NCBI GenBank assembly: GCA_024704765.1
Contig: JAKMXF010000362.1
Span: 74,149-138,148 of the forward strand
From: Oopsacas minuta
Taxonomy: Eukaryota; Animalia; Porifera
Length of the DNA stretch: 64,000 nt
Direction of reading: 5' to 3'
Under the pieces are notes generated by a model that was not told the DNA's origin, made no database searches, and saw only the letters and a list, made by a program, of their open reading frames with translations. Below, piece after piece: positions 34,310 to 46,018 of the stretch. Every line of letters begins with the position of its first letter. The first letter of the stretch is position 1. The position numbers were made by a program, and so were the translations under genes.

Positions 34310-36717
34310 AGCTCAGGGCTTAAGACTAATGAATATAGAAATCCTCTCTGAAGTATTCTCTAAACTCGCATGTCCTAGTTTAGTTCGTAAGAGGTTACAA
34401 CTATTTAAGTGTGCAAACAAGAGAGGACTACAAACAACATTTGTATTGTTCTGTTCTAGTTGCGGTCATATCGTGACGAGATTCTGCCCATCTACACATT
34501 TGCATAAATCCATCCAGCACAGTATAGGGCTTAATGTTAACGATCGAGAGGCTTCTGAAGTAAATGTACGTGCTTTGCTGGGGTATACACGACCAGTTTA
34601 ACTTGGAAAGGATTCAGAAAGTTTGGTAAAATTATGGACCTCCCTACTCCCCAAACTCAGATGTGGTAATCCGAGCAGGACAGGTTTGCAGATATAGTAT
34701 TAGCAGAGGTTGAAGATTCCATGAAGAAATGGAGTAGGATTATCGCAGAGCGTGAGGATTCCTTGCCATCCATCCGTCCGAATTGTGCTGAGATAGCAGT
34801 TAGTTTTGATGGGTTGTGGAAGCAGAGAGGCCATTATAGCAATGTTGGTTCGCAGCGGTGATAGAAAGTATATCCAAGAAGGTTGTAGACTATGAGTTAC
34901 TGAACAGAAACTGTACTTATTGTTCCAAATGGACAGCTAGCATGATAGAAATAGCCCAACCGAGCATGACGGATGGCTTGTAGCTTACAAGCCTCAGTGC
35001 AGTGCAAATTTCCACGGTACCAGCTTAGACATAGAAGCAGAAGCAGCTATGCGTCTATGGAACCGGCCTGAAGACCGTGGACTCGTCTACAAGGTATTCA
35101 TCGGGGATGGAGACGGTAGCGGGTATAAAAGCGCGGTAAGGAGCGGGGTGTATAACGGAGAGGTAGAAATACACAAAGAGGAGTGTGTAGGACATTTACA
35201 GAAGAGATTAAAGAACCATTTAATGAAAGCTAAAAAGAATACAAAAAAATAACAAGTATATACAACATGCCCTGGAGGAGCATAAAGCCGATAGAATAGG
35301 TCATCTATTCGCTATCGTGGTTGGACAACATAAAGGGAAGACTCCTGAGGAAATGGATAATGGTCTATGGAGACTGTTATCACATATAGTGAGGATCATA
35401 CGGATTGTCCTCCTGGTAAAAACTCATATTGCGTGTACTAAAAGGCATTATTTCGTCATCAAAATGACCCGAATCAACCCGCCCCTAAAACACGGAAATG
35501 CTATTTCAGTGACATAGACCTTGATAAGATAAAAGAAGAGTTTAAAGTATTTGCTAGTATTGATGTCTGTAGTCATCTAACCCTAGGTGCTAGTCAGAAT
35601 ATTAACGAGAGCCTACACGCCACTATCTGGGGGAATTGTCTCAAAATTAAATACACATCTCCCATATGTGTGTCTATATCCGTAGCATTGAGTGTGCTGT
35701 GTTTCAATGAAGGGCAATCTGCTCTTGCTGGTGTTCTGCTAGCTCTCGGGGTAAAACCGTATCTAAACTCAATCAAAGAGTTTGTCGCAGCTGATAGAGA
35801 AAGGTGTCGTGTGCGGGAAAGGTCAAGAACCGTGAAAAGTAAGGTTACCAGACGTCAGCGTAAACTGGACAGTAAGAATAGAGAAAAGGAGAGACGTAAG
35901 AAGGATAGAGATGCTACTCGTATCCCATACCAGTCTGATAGATTTGGTATTGAAGTTGAAGGAGGCGAAATTACTGAGAAAATGAATAAAACTCATACAA
36001 AACAGCAAACGAAATCTAATACTACAGCTACTGATGCTTGTCCTTGTTCTATTTCTACCATTACTACTACTGATGCTATCGTTGTTGAGAAAGAGAATAT
36101 TTCTCAAGAGGTTATCCCGAAGGATAGTGATGATACTAACTGTGTAAAACAAAAGAGAGTAAAATCTTATAAGAACAAAGAAAAGTAAGACCTTTGAAGA
36201 AGCCAAAATTTGTGAAGCGAGCTAGGATTGTGTCTAATGCTTATTCTGATGGGGAGCTAGTGTTATCTGAGAGAGGAGAGAATGAGTTATTGCCAAAAAA
36301 GTTAAATTCTGTCAGGAAAAAGCAAAAGCAAAAACATGAAGAAAATGAAATCTCAGAAGCGAGCTAGGAATCTGTCAGACTCTGAGAATTCTGATGGAGG
36401 TCCGATATTATCTGAGAGAGATAACTCTGAAAGGAGAGAGCATGAGTTATTATAGATAAAAGATAAATCCAGTAAAAATCGAGCTAGGAAGGTGTATTTT
36501 GAAGAATCTGGTGATGAGTCTGATAGTAACTCTTCGGGAACAGAGTGATGGGGCATATCAGAACTGTGACAGCAGGCTACCCACCAGACTGCTTGAAGGA
36601 GAGTGGCATTGGATTGGCTGCGAAATATGTGAGAATTGGTTCCATGATTCTTGTCTAGGCATTAATTTGAACGATTATGAACATAGAGACTTTATTTGTA
36701 ACACATGTACTTCTTAA
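34310..36717 (+). mobile_element. Decayed Mutator-like (MULE-type) transposase with a C-terminal PHD finger
   Basis: Across frameshifts: SGLRLMNIE..LACP; AVSFDGLWKQRGHYSNVG (D at 34808); KVVDYELLNRNCTYC; CSANFHGTS; VFIGDGDG; KEECVGHLQKRL (CxxH); SQNINESLHATIW (E at 35607); WIGCEICENWFHDSC...FICNTC. No TIRs found. Confidence 0.8.
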
Positions 36718-37771
36718 AATTTAGTTATATATTTTTACTACAGTTTGTATTATCCTATAATGTATAAGTTATTATAATAGAATACAATTTAAATATCTTC
36801 GTATTTAATATTGATTTCATAGACGTAGGTATATCTATATTATTAATTTTCAATTTGTGTCTGTCTGTCCACGCTCCCATATAGAAAACATAGGACCAGT
36901 TCATAAAGTCCAGAACCAAATATTACACAGCATAACAACAACAAAACAAAATTGTACTGAAGTAATCGAGTATGCTGATTCCGAATATGATATTGTGAAC
37001 AACATATAAATATCAGATTCTCAACAAAACAAGAAAGCCCCGAATTGAACATATTTATAGTAGAATTTGTAATGATAAATGCAATTCTTCATGATCAAAG
37101 AAATATAATCAATGGCCTAGAATTATTTTGGCAATTCTTTGCTTAGCTTGCCGTGCACATAATAGGGCATGAGTCAGTTCAATTGTCATAGTGTATCAGA
37201 ATACTAGGTGTGCTCTATAGCAAGGGTTCTGAAACTCTCATGGGCTATAGCAACACTTTTTAGAAATGTATATTATGACCACGCCCAGGTCGACGTGATT
37301 AGTCAAGTTTGGTCATAGCATTTGGTCAAATTGGTTATGGGGCTTTAACCTTCTTCAACTTGAGTTACTTGATCAAAAGTTCATAAAATATCTCTGTGAC
37401 CACAGGTTGAGAAAACTGCTCTATATGTAATTGAATAATATATGTTTCTCTTCTACTATTCTATCTATCTAATTTGATAGCTTCTGTACTTTAGGTAATT
37501 ACCTTCTCTATACTCATTTAATTAGTATTAAATACACAATCTGGAGTATGGATAGTGTAATGGAGGTATGTTATTACTGATTATTGTCAAAACAGCAATT
37601 ATGTTAATGTTTACAAATTTACTCGTTAACTAAATGGCGCTAATACTGTTGAATTTGTTTGGCCTAGACAGGTCTGTTGTGACCGCGGTCTGGTTCGGAC
37701 CGCCGCAACTCTATTCGTATCAAATTTACATTCACCAAATCTGCAATATTCTATCTTTTGATTCACTCTAG

Positions 37772-38101
37772 GTCTGTGATATTTTGAGGATTATTCTTAT
37801 AGTTTCTGCTTCAATCACTGGACTACTCCTAATCAGTTGCATTGTGTGTGCCTGTTCAGTATGTTGCTGTTTGGCAGTACTTGGATTTAGATCAGAAGGT
37901 GTGAAAGCGAATAGTTTTGCATCTTGTATTCAATCTCCTGACACTTCATCAGGTTCACCTTTTGCAATGTCTCAGAGTATGGGAGCTAAAGGTGAATGTA
38001 AAATTGTTGGATTAGTAATAGCCATTATGTTTAGTATAATAATCTTACTTGTTGTAATCGCTATTGTAGGTTGTATTATAAAATATTTTACTTCTTGTTA
38101 A
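37772..38101 (+). CDS. Probable terminal exon of a small Cys-rich protein with two TM helices
   Basis: A pyrimidine-rich acceptor (ttttgattcactctag, ending 37771) is directly followed by an open frame VCDILRIILIV...SCIVCACSVCCCLAVLG...IVGLVIAIMFSIIILLVVIAIVG. No upstream exon identified. Confidence 0.45.
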   Translation, partial: VCDILRIILIVSASITGLLLISCIVCACSVCCCLAVLGFRSEGVKANSFASCIQSPDTSSGSPFAMSQSMGAKGECKIVGLVIAIMFSIIILLVVIAIVGCIIKYFTSC

Positions 38102-38418
38102 GTATTTTGATTTTAACAATTTTGTGAATTGAATAGTTTTTCACTTTTTCATATCTCTTATTTTATTCTATTAAATTATTATATTTTGAAAATATATTAT
38201 CCTCTTGGAATATTCTTTATCTCAGTTTCTCAAGGCGTATGAAAATTGACTATACTGTCATTTAGTAATCCAAAATGTATACTCAATGCAGTGTTCGGAA
38301 AAAACCGCCCTTTTTCTGGTGTGACCTTTTCTGACAAACACTGACTCTATGCTAGTGGCTCCCAAATTTTCAACCGTGGATAGGGTGCACAGTAGACTCT
38401 CGTTAATATGACAAACGA

Positions 38419-38561
38419 TTAACTTGTGAAAGAATAAGATTTACGATATAGTTTATATTTTGATAGTTTGCTGCTAGCGTATCGAGCAAAAAGGTTACAA
38501 ATCTCCTCTCGTATAGTGCAATTTACTTAAAAATTAATTATATAATCAATAGCTTATACTT
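38419..38561 (+). repeat. Direct repeat, copy A (about 145 bp)
   Basis: ttaacttgtgaaaga...gatagtttgctgctagcgtatcgagcaaaa...agcttatacttt, repeated at 40831-40979. Confidence 0.85.
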
Positions 38562-38563
38562 TA

Positions 38564-38825
38564 CTATAGGAAATTAACGCGAATGCTCCAATTCGCGTTA
38601 ATTTCCTGCAATTTATACTATTTAGCAAATTTCTACAATGGATGGGCAAACTCCCAATTTACATGTTCTCCAATGCGTGACTGGTTTGAGAGGATACCAT
38701 GTCTATCAAGTGGACTGGATTATTTCTTTTTATGTTTAGAAAATTGAATAATTTCTTAATATTTATTCGCATAAAATAGTGTATATACAAATGTTCTCCC
38801 TATCAATCGCGTTAATTTCCTATAG
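38564..38825. mobile_element. TA-flanked MITE with perfect 19-bp TIRs
   Basis: CTATAGGAAATTAACGCGA ... TCGCGTTAATTTCCTATAG, with TA on both sides. An inverted copy of the TIR core lies next to the left end. Confidence 0.85.
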
Positions 38826-38834
38826 TAAGGTACT

Positions 38835-39149
38835 TTGATGTCTGAGACAATTGATAAAATTGTTAATTTCTGTATTCGCGATCAGAAACTTGGCTGTCTC
38901 GGTGGTTACAATCCTAGTCTCCTAACTCAAGAGCTCTCCCTTATAGAATCAGAAACATTATCCTGTACTGAATGGGAAGGCATATTACGAGATCCACAAC
39001 ACCTTGGCAACGGTTATAGGTGTAAGGAATGCATGATGGATGGTGAGAAAGGTAAACTTGACGAGACGAAAAGTAGACTAATCGGGAAATTATCAGCAAA
39101 ATGTCCGTTTAAAGAAGATGGCTGTGAATGGGAAGGAACCGTGGTCTAA
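38835..39149 (+). pseudogene. Fragment of a TRAF-type RING/zinc-finger gene
   Basis: GYNPSLLTQEL...LSCTEWEGILRDP...CKEC...KCPFKEDGCEWEG. The RING Cys pattern is incomplete and the ORF stops before the zinc-finger His. Confidence 0.55.
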
Positions 39150-39201
39150 TTAAGATAATGAATTTTACTGGCTAGATCTTATTAATATTTCTAGAAAATC
39201 A

Positions 39202-40483
39202 TTAATTCAAAATTAATAATATTTCACGAGTTCGTTGACTAAAAATGTGTAACCCAAAATTAGTACCTAAAGAACTACAAATAATCTTGTTACTGTTGGT
39301 TACTACTATTCCGTTAGGGACAATTCTCTTGTCATCATCTTGTGTATCTCCCAGTGTGTGAAGTAGATCTCCATCTAGAGAGAATACTTTGATATTTCTA
39401 TCTATTACGTCTCCGATCTGAATGTTCTGTTTCTCATCGAAACAGAATGTGTTTGGTCCTTCATCTTGTGCATTACCCTGCTCACTACATGTGATAAAAG
39501 AGCGTAGCTTCTCACCAGCTGGAGAGAACACGTGTAGACACGGGTTGTCAGTACTACTCAAGACATACAATGAACCCATCAAGTAGTTTAACATCTTGTG
39601 GCTCTGTCATGGTGTAATGTGTGATGTAATGTTGGTGTTTTAGGTAAACTTTCATCACTGCTATCCTGTGGTTATTTTTATCTGCTACGAACACAGATCC
39701 ATCAGTTGATACAGCGAGGCCATATGGATGATTAAACTCTCCTACACCATTTCCCTTCTTACCTACTTTAGTTACCAAATAGAAGTCTGGTAACTTAGAA
39801 TGATATATATATATGGAATCGGACAAGAAATCACTGACGTATACATCCTCCCCACTCATATCCATGTCTCCTGGAAACATAAACATTCCCTTACACACTG
39901 TTTTAATGAATTCTCCTGTAACAGAGAATACACTTATACTACATAGAATATAACCATGTAGTAGGTAGATGAGTTGTGTGTTCTCATCGAATACTACTCC
40001 AAAAGCATATTTAAGTTCTCCCTCATCTGTTCCTTCCTTCCCGACAGATATGCTAGGTTGTTGAAGAGCTGAGTAGTTTGGTGTCTGGATGATATCCCTC
40101 TCTATCAGCTGACCTAACACAGAGATATTCTTCTCTATCTGTTGTGCATCGTACTGAAACAGCACCTCTGTCTCCCTCACAGTAACCTGCAGCTCTCTCA
40201 TCTTATCGTCCATCTCCTCAATCATCCTCTCTCTCATGGAGTGGAGTATATTCTCTTCTATCTGGGATTGTAGATTTGCTTTCGATTCCTGGAGCTGACG
40301 AATAGTTTGTTCACGTCCACTTGTCGTAGCCCTTCTCCCTTCCCGTTTCTCTCGGAACTCTCTAATTAGCTCAACCCGTCTTGTGTTGAGACAGAGTACC
40401 AGCTGATCAAACAGTTGATTGATACGTGCCTCTGTCGGGTCCATGACTATGGGAGCTTCAATTTCTGGATAACGTTCAGCCAT
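39202..40483 (-). pseudogene. Coiled-coil + NHL-repeat protein with one frameshift near 39570-39580
   Basis: ORF 39554..40483 (coiled coil, then GKKGNGVGEFNHPYGLAV, FVADKNNHRI, EPQDVKL) continues in another frame as LYVLSSTDNPCLHVFS...PNGIVVTNSNKIIC. Confidence 0.8.
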
Positions 40484-40830
40484 AGTTGAGTAAATCTCTT
40501 GATATTAGTTTATAATTACTTAAACAGATAGAATATCATTACTTATAGGACAGGACAGCTTATAGCTAGTACAGTCTCTTGTGTAATAGCATTTGTGTCT
40601 ATTAAGCAGTTTCTAAGAAATATTATCTGTCTTTTGTAACAAAGTTCTCCCGCGAGATTCAAACTCGTGTTTGTTTGTTGTTAAGTTCATTCATAGAATT
40701 TAATATTATTTGTAATAGCTTACCAATTTGTGAATAATTTTAATTATTATTCCTTCCTCATTTACCTCCTGTCTACCTCGAGGTGTCTTTACATTAATTA
40801 ATTCGTTACGACAAATTAATTATGAGATAG

Positions 40831-40979
40831 TTAACTTGTGAAAGATTAAGAGTTTTCTTACGATATCGGTTATATTTTTGATAGTTTGCTGCTAGCGTAT
40901 CGAGCAAAAGGTTGCAAATCTCCTCTCATATAGTGCGATTTACTTAAAAATTAATTATATAATCGATAGCTTATACTTT
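40831..40979 (+). repeat. Direct repeat, copy B
   Basis: High identity to 38419-38561, with a few substitutions and small indels. Confidence 0.85.
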
Positions 40980-41393
40980 AATACGAACTCCAGATAAAGC
41001 GAACAAGTTTTGACCGTCCATTGCACTGTATGTATCTCTAGGTTTCCAATTTGTAAGCAGTGATAATTTTCCTGATTGTTGGAAGTTGTCACAAGGTTAT
41101 AGGGGATGGAAACCAAAATATTATTTCACTACAACTTCTTAGAATCATCAACTTTCTTAAATACTGTGACTATAGGCGTCGATCCTGATGTGGCCAAACT
41201 ATCATGGCCCCCTTTCAGGTTTTGGGCCATCAGACGGGGATTATGTTTGTGAGGGTCGGGGGCAATTATGTCATTCACTGAAATTGTTAATTAAATTTCA
41301 GCTAAGCTATAATCTTATTATTTATTTGCAATTATTGTCTGTCTGTTGATTCGTTGTCAAGGAATGTGGATTTGGAATGTTATTTCGAATGTA

Positions 41394-41528
41394 CAGTAGA
41401 ACTCGGATAAGACGTACCCCTCGGGAAACAGAAATTAGTACGTCTTATCCGAATATGTTTGCATTACAAATAATGATGACTTATATTTTGGGATGTAAGA
41501 AATAGTACGTCTTATCCGAGTTCTACTG
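41394..41528. mobile_element. 135-bp Tigger-type MITE
   Basis: Perfect 24-bp TIR CAGTAGAACTCGGATAAGACGTAC / GTACGTCTTATCCGAGTTCTACTG, TA TSD, and an internal inverted copy of the TIR core. Confidence 0.9.
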
Positions 41529-41780
41529 TATATCCAAAAGCAAGTGAACCCTTATTAAACTTCCACACAGAGCACTATTGCTTGTATAGGATCTCTACTT
41601 TAGGGGAGGAATTACAATATTTTGTAGATTTAACTGTGGAGAGTATTTAGGAGATTTAATAGCATTTCCTTTTGGAAACTATTTCACTGTCTTTAATAAT
41701 TAGATACGCCTGATATTTGATAATGCACTATTGCTTGTAAGTTTTGTGATTCAAAAGAAGGATAGCGCTTGTTGCAGAGA

Positions 41781-41863
41781 AAGCAGAAGCAGGATTCGAA
41801 CCTACGTGTAATAAATACTATTGTTCTTGAGACAATCACCTTAGACCACTTGGTTATTCTGAA
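41781..41863 (-). tRNA. tRNA-Leu(CAA)-like gene, possibly a pseudogene
   Basis: Minus strand: D-loop AAGTGGTCTAA, perfect anticodon stem ATTGT/ACAAT around CTCAAGA, long variable arm, T arm GTAGG-TTCGAAT-CCTGC. Only 5 of 7 acceptor-stem positions pair. Confidence 0.7.
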
Positions 41864-42038
41864 GTAGCAACAAGCTAAGCCTCCTTATTTGACTATTCTA
41901 CACAAAGATTATATATACTGCACTCGATATGCTCTTATAATATTATGGTTGCTTTTAATGTATTCAATTAATATACATTTTGGTTGAAAATTGATACATT
42001 GAATGCCGATTATAAGAACATCGTCGGGAACTGGACAT

Positions 42039-42111
42039 AATGTTCTCGTAACCGGTATGTTCTCATAACCGGTATGTTCTTATAACCGGTATGTTCTTAT
42101 AGCCGGTATGT
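42039..42111. repeat. 17-bp tandem repeat, about 4 copies
   Basis: (atgttctYataaccggt) repeated with few substitutions and no spacers. Confidence 0.75.
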
Positions 42112-43647
42112 AGTATATAGTAGATGTTGGTTATGAAAACACTTCATTTAAACACATTTGGGTGTAGAAACCATATTAAAGAAAAAGAAAAAATTCAATG
42201 GAGTAGAATACAAAAGATTCAGTAATTCAAGTTGTGGTTCTTATATCCAGCACCTACACTTGCATGAAATTGGTTATAATGACTAATTACAAGAGATTAG
42301 AATAGTAGGATTGGATTGACGAATTATAATTTGGATGCACCATTACTTGGCAAATGAATTCAATTATTTTGGCAAACAAAGCAATTAATTTGACAAATGG
42401 TTAAAATTATGCGCCCTATATATTGGTATCATTTCTACATTTCCCTTTGTAGAGTGTGGATTCATATACTCAGACACATCGGGTACTTCACTACATCCAC
42501 ATATCCGTCCTCAGGCGTTGCGCCTTCTCAGCTTTAATCCAGCTATAATTGAATTTTTAGTTCAGTTGCCAAAATAATTGAATTCAGTTGGCTAGATAAT
42601 ATTAGATTCATTATAATTTGCCTATATCCCTAGAGTAGAACTCGGACAAAAAACATACTATCTGTTCAGAGGTTATCTAGGAAATTCTTGCCTTTTCTTG
42701 CAGGGACTCAAATGGGCATATATTAAAAATCCTTATTCGACGCGTCGCTCTATTCTCTCTATATTAGTTGCTACCTGCCTGGATGTTGTTTTCGGGCATT
42801 TTGAGACGCTAGTCGCATGTTTGGAGGGGAGGATATCTAAACTACCTTAGAAATCCATATTCGACTGTAGAATAAGAGTTAGGCAACGCATCGCATAAGG
42901 TTTTTTAATGCCTCAAATAGGATGGCACAATTATGAAAGGGTAACATATTGATCCTATACTAATTGAGCCTCATGGTGCACTTTGTGTAATTCATAATCC
43001 TGGATGCTGAATTGGCACTTTTAGATGCTCGCCAAGCACATCGATAAACCCCTGACTCTGTTAATAAGTATTTATTCTTTCAAATCAAAAAATTAGTTCT
43101 CATTCATTTTATTAATATCTATCTGGACATGGCGGAAACATTGAAATTGCTAGGCAAGGCCTGATATTGCTGGGCAACTAGATGTACAAATAGACTGTAC
43201 AATGTATTCCAAGTAGATATTGAAATGAGCTTTTACCCAGGAATTTGGTAGTCTGTGCCTTATAATACCAGTCCTGCAGCAATCAGAGATAGACTGCGGG
43301 ACCATCGGACCTAATTAGGTACCAAGTCCGCGAACAGTGAATTTCGGCTGTAAAAGTACTCGGAGTCTGAGACAGCAAGATTAGAACAAAACAGTGCAGC
43401 CCAGAAATTCCTGGATAAGCCTATGTAATCAATATGTTATTATCTAACTTTTGTTTCCGATATTAATTATCTTATTCTGTGTATATAATATACGTTACAA
43501 CAGTAAATATAGGATTATGTCTTTCTTCTGTGTTCCTCTTCTTCTGGATATGAGTTCAATTAGTTGAATTGTTTCTCATAAATTGGAGAGGTAGCGGCTA
43601 ACAGTATTTTTCGGTATTACATTCCCCACAATCTCTAACATAATATA

Positions 43648-44092
43648 TCTATATTATTAAATCTTAACTGTTGTTTGTTTGTTTGTTTGTCCGTTGTCAA
43701 GGAAAGGATTACGGTATGCAATTTTGAAATTGTCGCATCACTATGTATTTATCGTGTTTATAAAGGAAGTAAATAGAATTCAATAAAACTTCACTAAATA
43801 TATCGAATATGATGAATCCGATTTTCACACTTTTGGATTAATCATATGTAAATGTATTGTTGTTTTTATGAATATAAAGTAAACAAATAAGCAAAATCTC
43901 TCAATTTACGTAGATACTTGCCCTATACGGCTACAAAGGGTGTTGATCTTACAAAATAACTCAATAACTTATATGTCATATATCTATTTTATAATACTCA
44001 AAGGGGGCCTTCAATTTGGAGAATAATGGATACATCGAGGCGTAATGCGCCGAGTTCATCGCGAAGCGACGAGCAAAAGGCTCGCATTCTGT
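43648..44092 (+). mobile_element. Non-autonomous Helitron-like repeat, copy 1
   Basis: Starts A|TCTATATTATTAAA, followed by a (GTTT)n tract, and ends with gcgaagc and hairpin CGAGC-aaaag-GCTCG. Homologous to 56611-57060. No clean CTAG end. Confidence 0.55.
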
Positions 44093-44855
44093 AAATCATA
44101 ATTTAATCTCCAGTTCTCTGTACTACGTGAGCCATGGGATCTACAAGTATACTGTTACACGCAATAGATACAACACTCATTAGAATAGTACTATTCTGTT
44201 ATTATATAGCCTTTGTAACTATTTCATATTGGATTTCATTGAAATTAGTGAATAACAAATTTGTGTTAATTATTCACACGTCATTACAATTCAGCCATTG
44301 AGGAATAAAATTTGTTATTCATACATGATTTCTTTTGTTAATCTAATTAAACGTAAAATGTATCCAAATTCCTTCTTATGAGGACAGATTGTAAATTACA
44401 CTAAATATTCAATTTACCAAATAGATACTCCAACCTTTAATATTTGTTAAATTATATTAACACCTTGTTATGCAATAATTGCCAGTTACCAACTGTTTGA
44501 AAATGTTTATATGTAAGACAGGATTGAAGAATATTTGCTAAAAAGCTTTGAGATCAGTTTTAAGTGGAACAAACAAGTTAGTGCTTCTCCTAATGTGGAT
44601 TATAATCAATAAACAAATTGAATTACTGATATTAATCTATCTAACAGTTGCTGAGTGACGTATGTACGTTACAGTATATATTTAACTAATTCAATTTATT
44701 ATTGATTATGTTGGAACTGAAACTCCTTTGAATTTTGTAGTAAATGCTCACAATTAATTTCTCAAAATTACGTTGTATCATTCCCTCCATCTATGAAAGA
44801 GATCATAAATTAGAAATTTATTAAGAATACAAATACTAAATAGAAATATACTACA

Positions 44856-45473
44856 ATGTGTGCTTACAACATGAAACAGGCGGGCAATATGATTGACCCT
44901 TTATCATTTCAGATAACTCCTCCCAATTATTATCCTCCGAACTACTATGACCAACTACCTCAGTTAAGCCCTTCCCCTAGCCATCCACCTTCAGTCTTGA
45001 TATCGCCTCAACCTATTCATACTTCCCCCAATGAGTTATACCTCAAATCATTCGGTATTGCCATTACACAACATGAAGCTGATACAATGTACCTTTTGAG
45101 TAAGTGTCTAGAATCGGAATTAATATTAAATCAAAATTGGAAAATACTCTTTCTTAAGCGCAGCTTCTTAAAATTTGTTGATAAAGACAAAGTTGCATAT
45201 GAAATTTCAGGGAAAGAATTAAATAGAATTTTATCATCCAGCTTCTTCACTGCTAGCGAACAGAAAACAATCAGAAAGATGCGCTACCAAGGCCGAAACA
45301 ATATGGCTGCAAAACGAATGCGTGATAAGAAAAAGGAGAGTGATGAAGAAGATAAATTAGATATTGTGAACATGCAAAGAGAGAAACTAAAGTTGGAAAA
45401 TGAGAAAGAACAGATGATTAAAGAAATAGAGCAATATAAACAGCTATTTAATAATCCACAAAATCAAAACTAA
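44856..45473 (+). CDS. bZIP transcription factor, CNC/Maf-like
   Basis: Pro-rich N-terminus; ISGKELNRIL...FTASEQKTIRKMRYQGRNNMAAKRMRDKK resembles the CNC basic region; a coiled-coil zipper follows. Confidence 0.75.
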   Translation: MCAYNMKQAGNMIDPLSFQITPPNYYPPNYYDQLPQLSPSPSHPPSVLISPQPIHTSPNELYLKSFGIAITQHEADTMYLLSKCLESELILNQNWKILFLKRSFLKFVDKDKVAYEISGKELNRILSSSFFTASEQKTIRKMRYQGRNNMAAKRMRDKKKESDEEDKLDIVNMQREKLKLENEKEQMIKEIEQYKQLFNNPQNQN

Positions 45474-45754
45474 TCTTAAAGTTAAGGAAATGACTTTTAA
45501 TGTCGATTTTTCCATTTTTATTTATTTTCAATTTAATATAATAAATTCAATACAGTGCTTTAATTTATAATTTGTTAATGTTTGTATAATTCAGTCCTTA
45601 AAATGAAACTTAGAAGTAGAATCTTTACAAACTTCAAATTATGTTACAACAAAATATAACTTTTCATTTGTTAAGAAAAAGTTTTACTTTAAGACCATTT
45701 AGCTTGAGTGAATTGTATCTTACTAAAACTTCAGCTATTACTTCTTGTTGAAAC

Positions 45755-46018
45755 ATGTCTGTTAAAGATCCAGCGAGACTAAATTGGGCAAATGATATAT
45801 CGTGTACAGACAAGAATGTTGTTATCGCTCTTGGTGGTAAACACAGAATTGTACTTCTGTCTAGGTCTGAGAAGTACTGTTGGTCTATTCACTATCATTT
45901 ATTATCTCATCCTCATGGATTGGTACTCCGATATCCCATTACTGGTCAACTGATGGTTTCCAACTGGAATAACCATCTTGTTATCACCTTTACTACGGTA
46001 AATACAACATTTCTATGA
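45755..46018 (+). pseudogene. Isolated NHL-like repeat fragment
   Basis: KHRIVLLS...HPHGLVL...GQLMVSNWNNHLV. Confidence 0.4.

Noticed and set aside
31200-37450. Long TIRs delimiting the Mutator-like element
   Set aside because: I compared the candidate flanks by eye and found no matching inverted ends or 9-bp TSD.
42690-43450. Possible decayed Harbinger/ISL2EU transposase on the minus strand
   Set aside because: There are only vague motif echoes (RQVATNIERIERR, TKFLG), and no consistent frame could be reconstructed.
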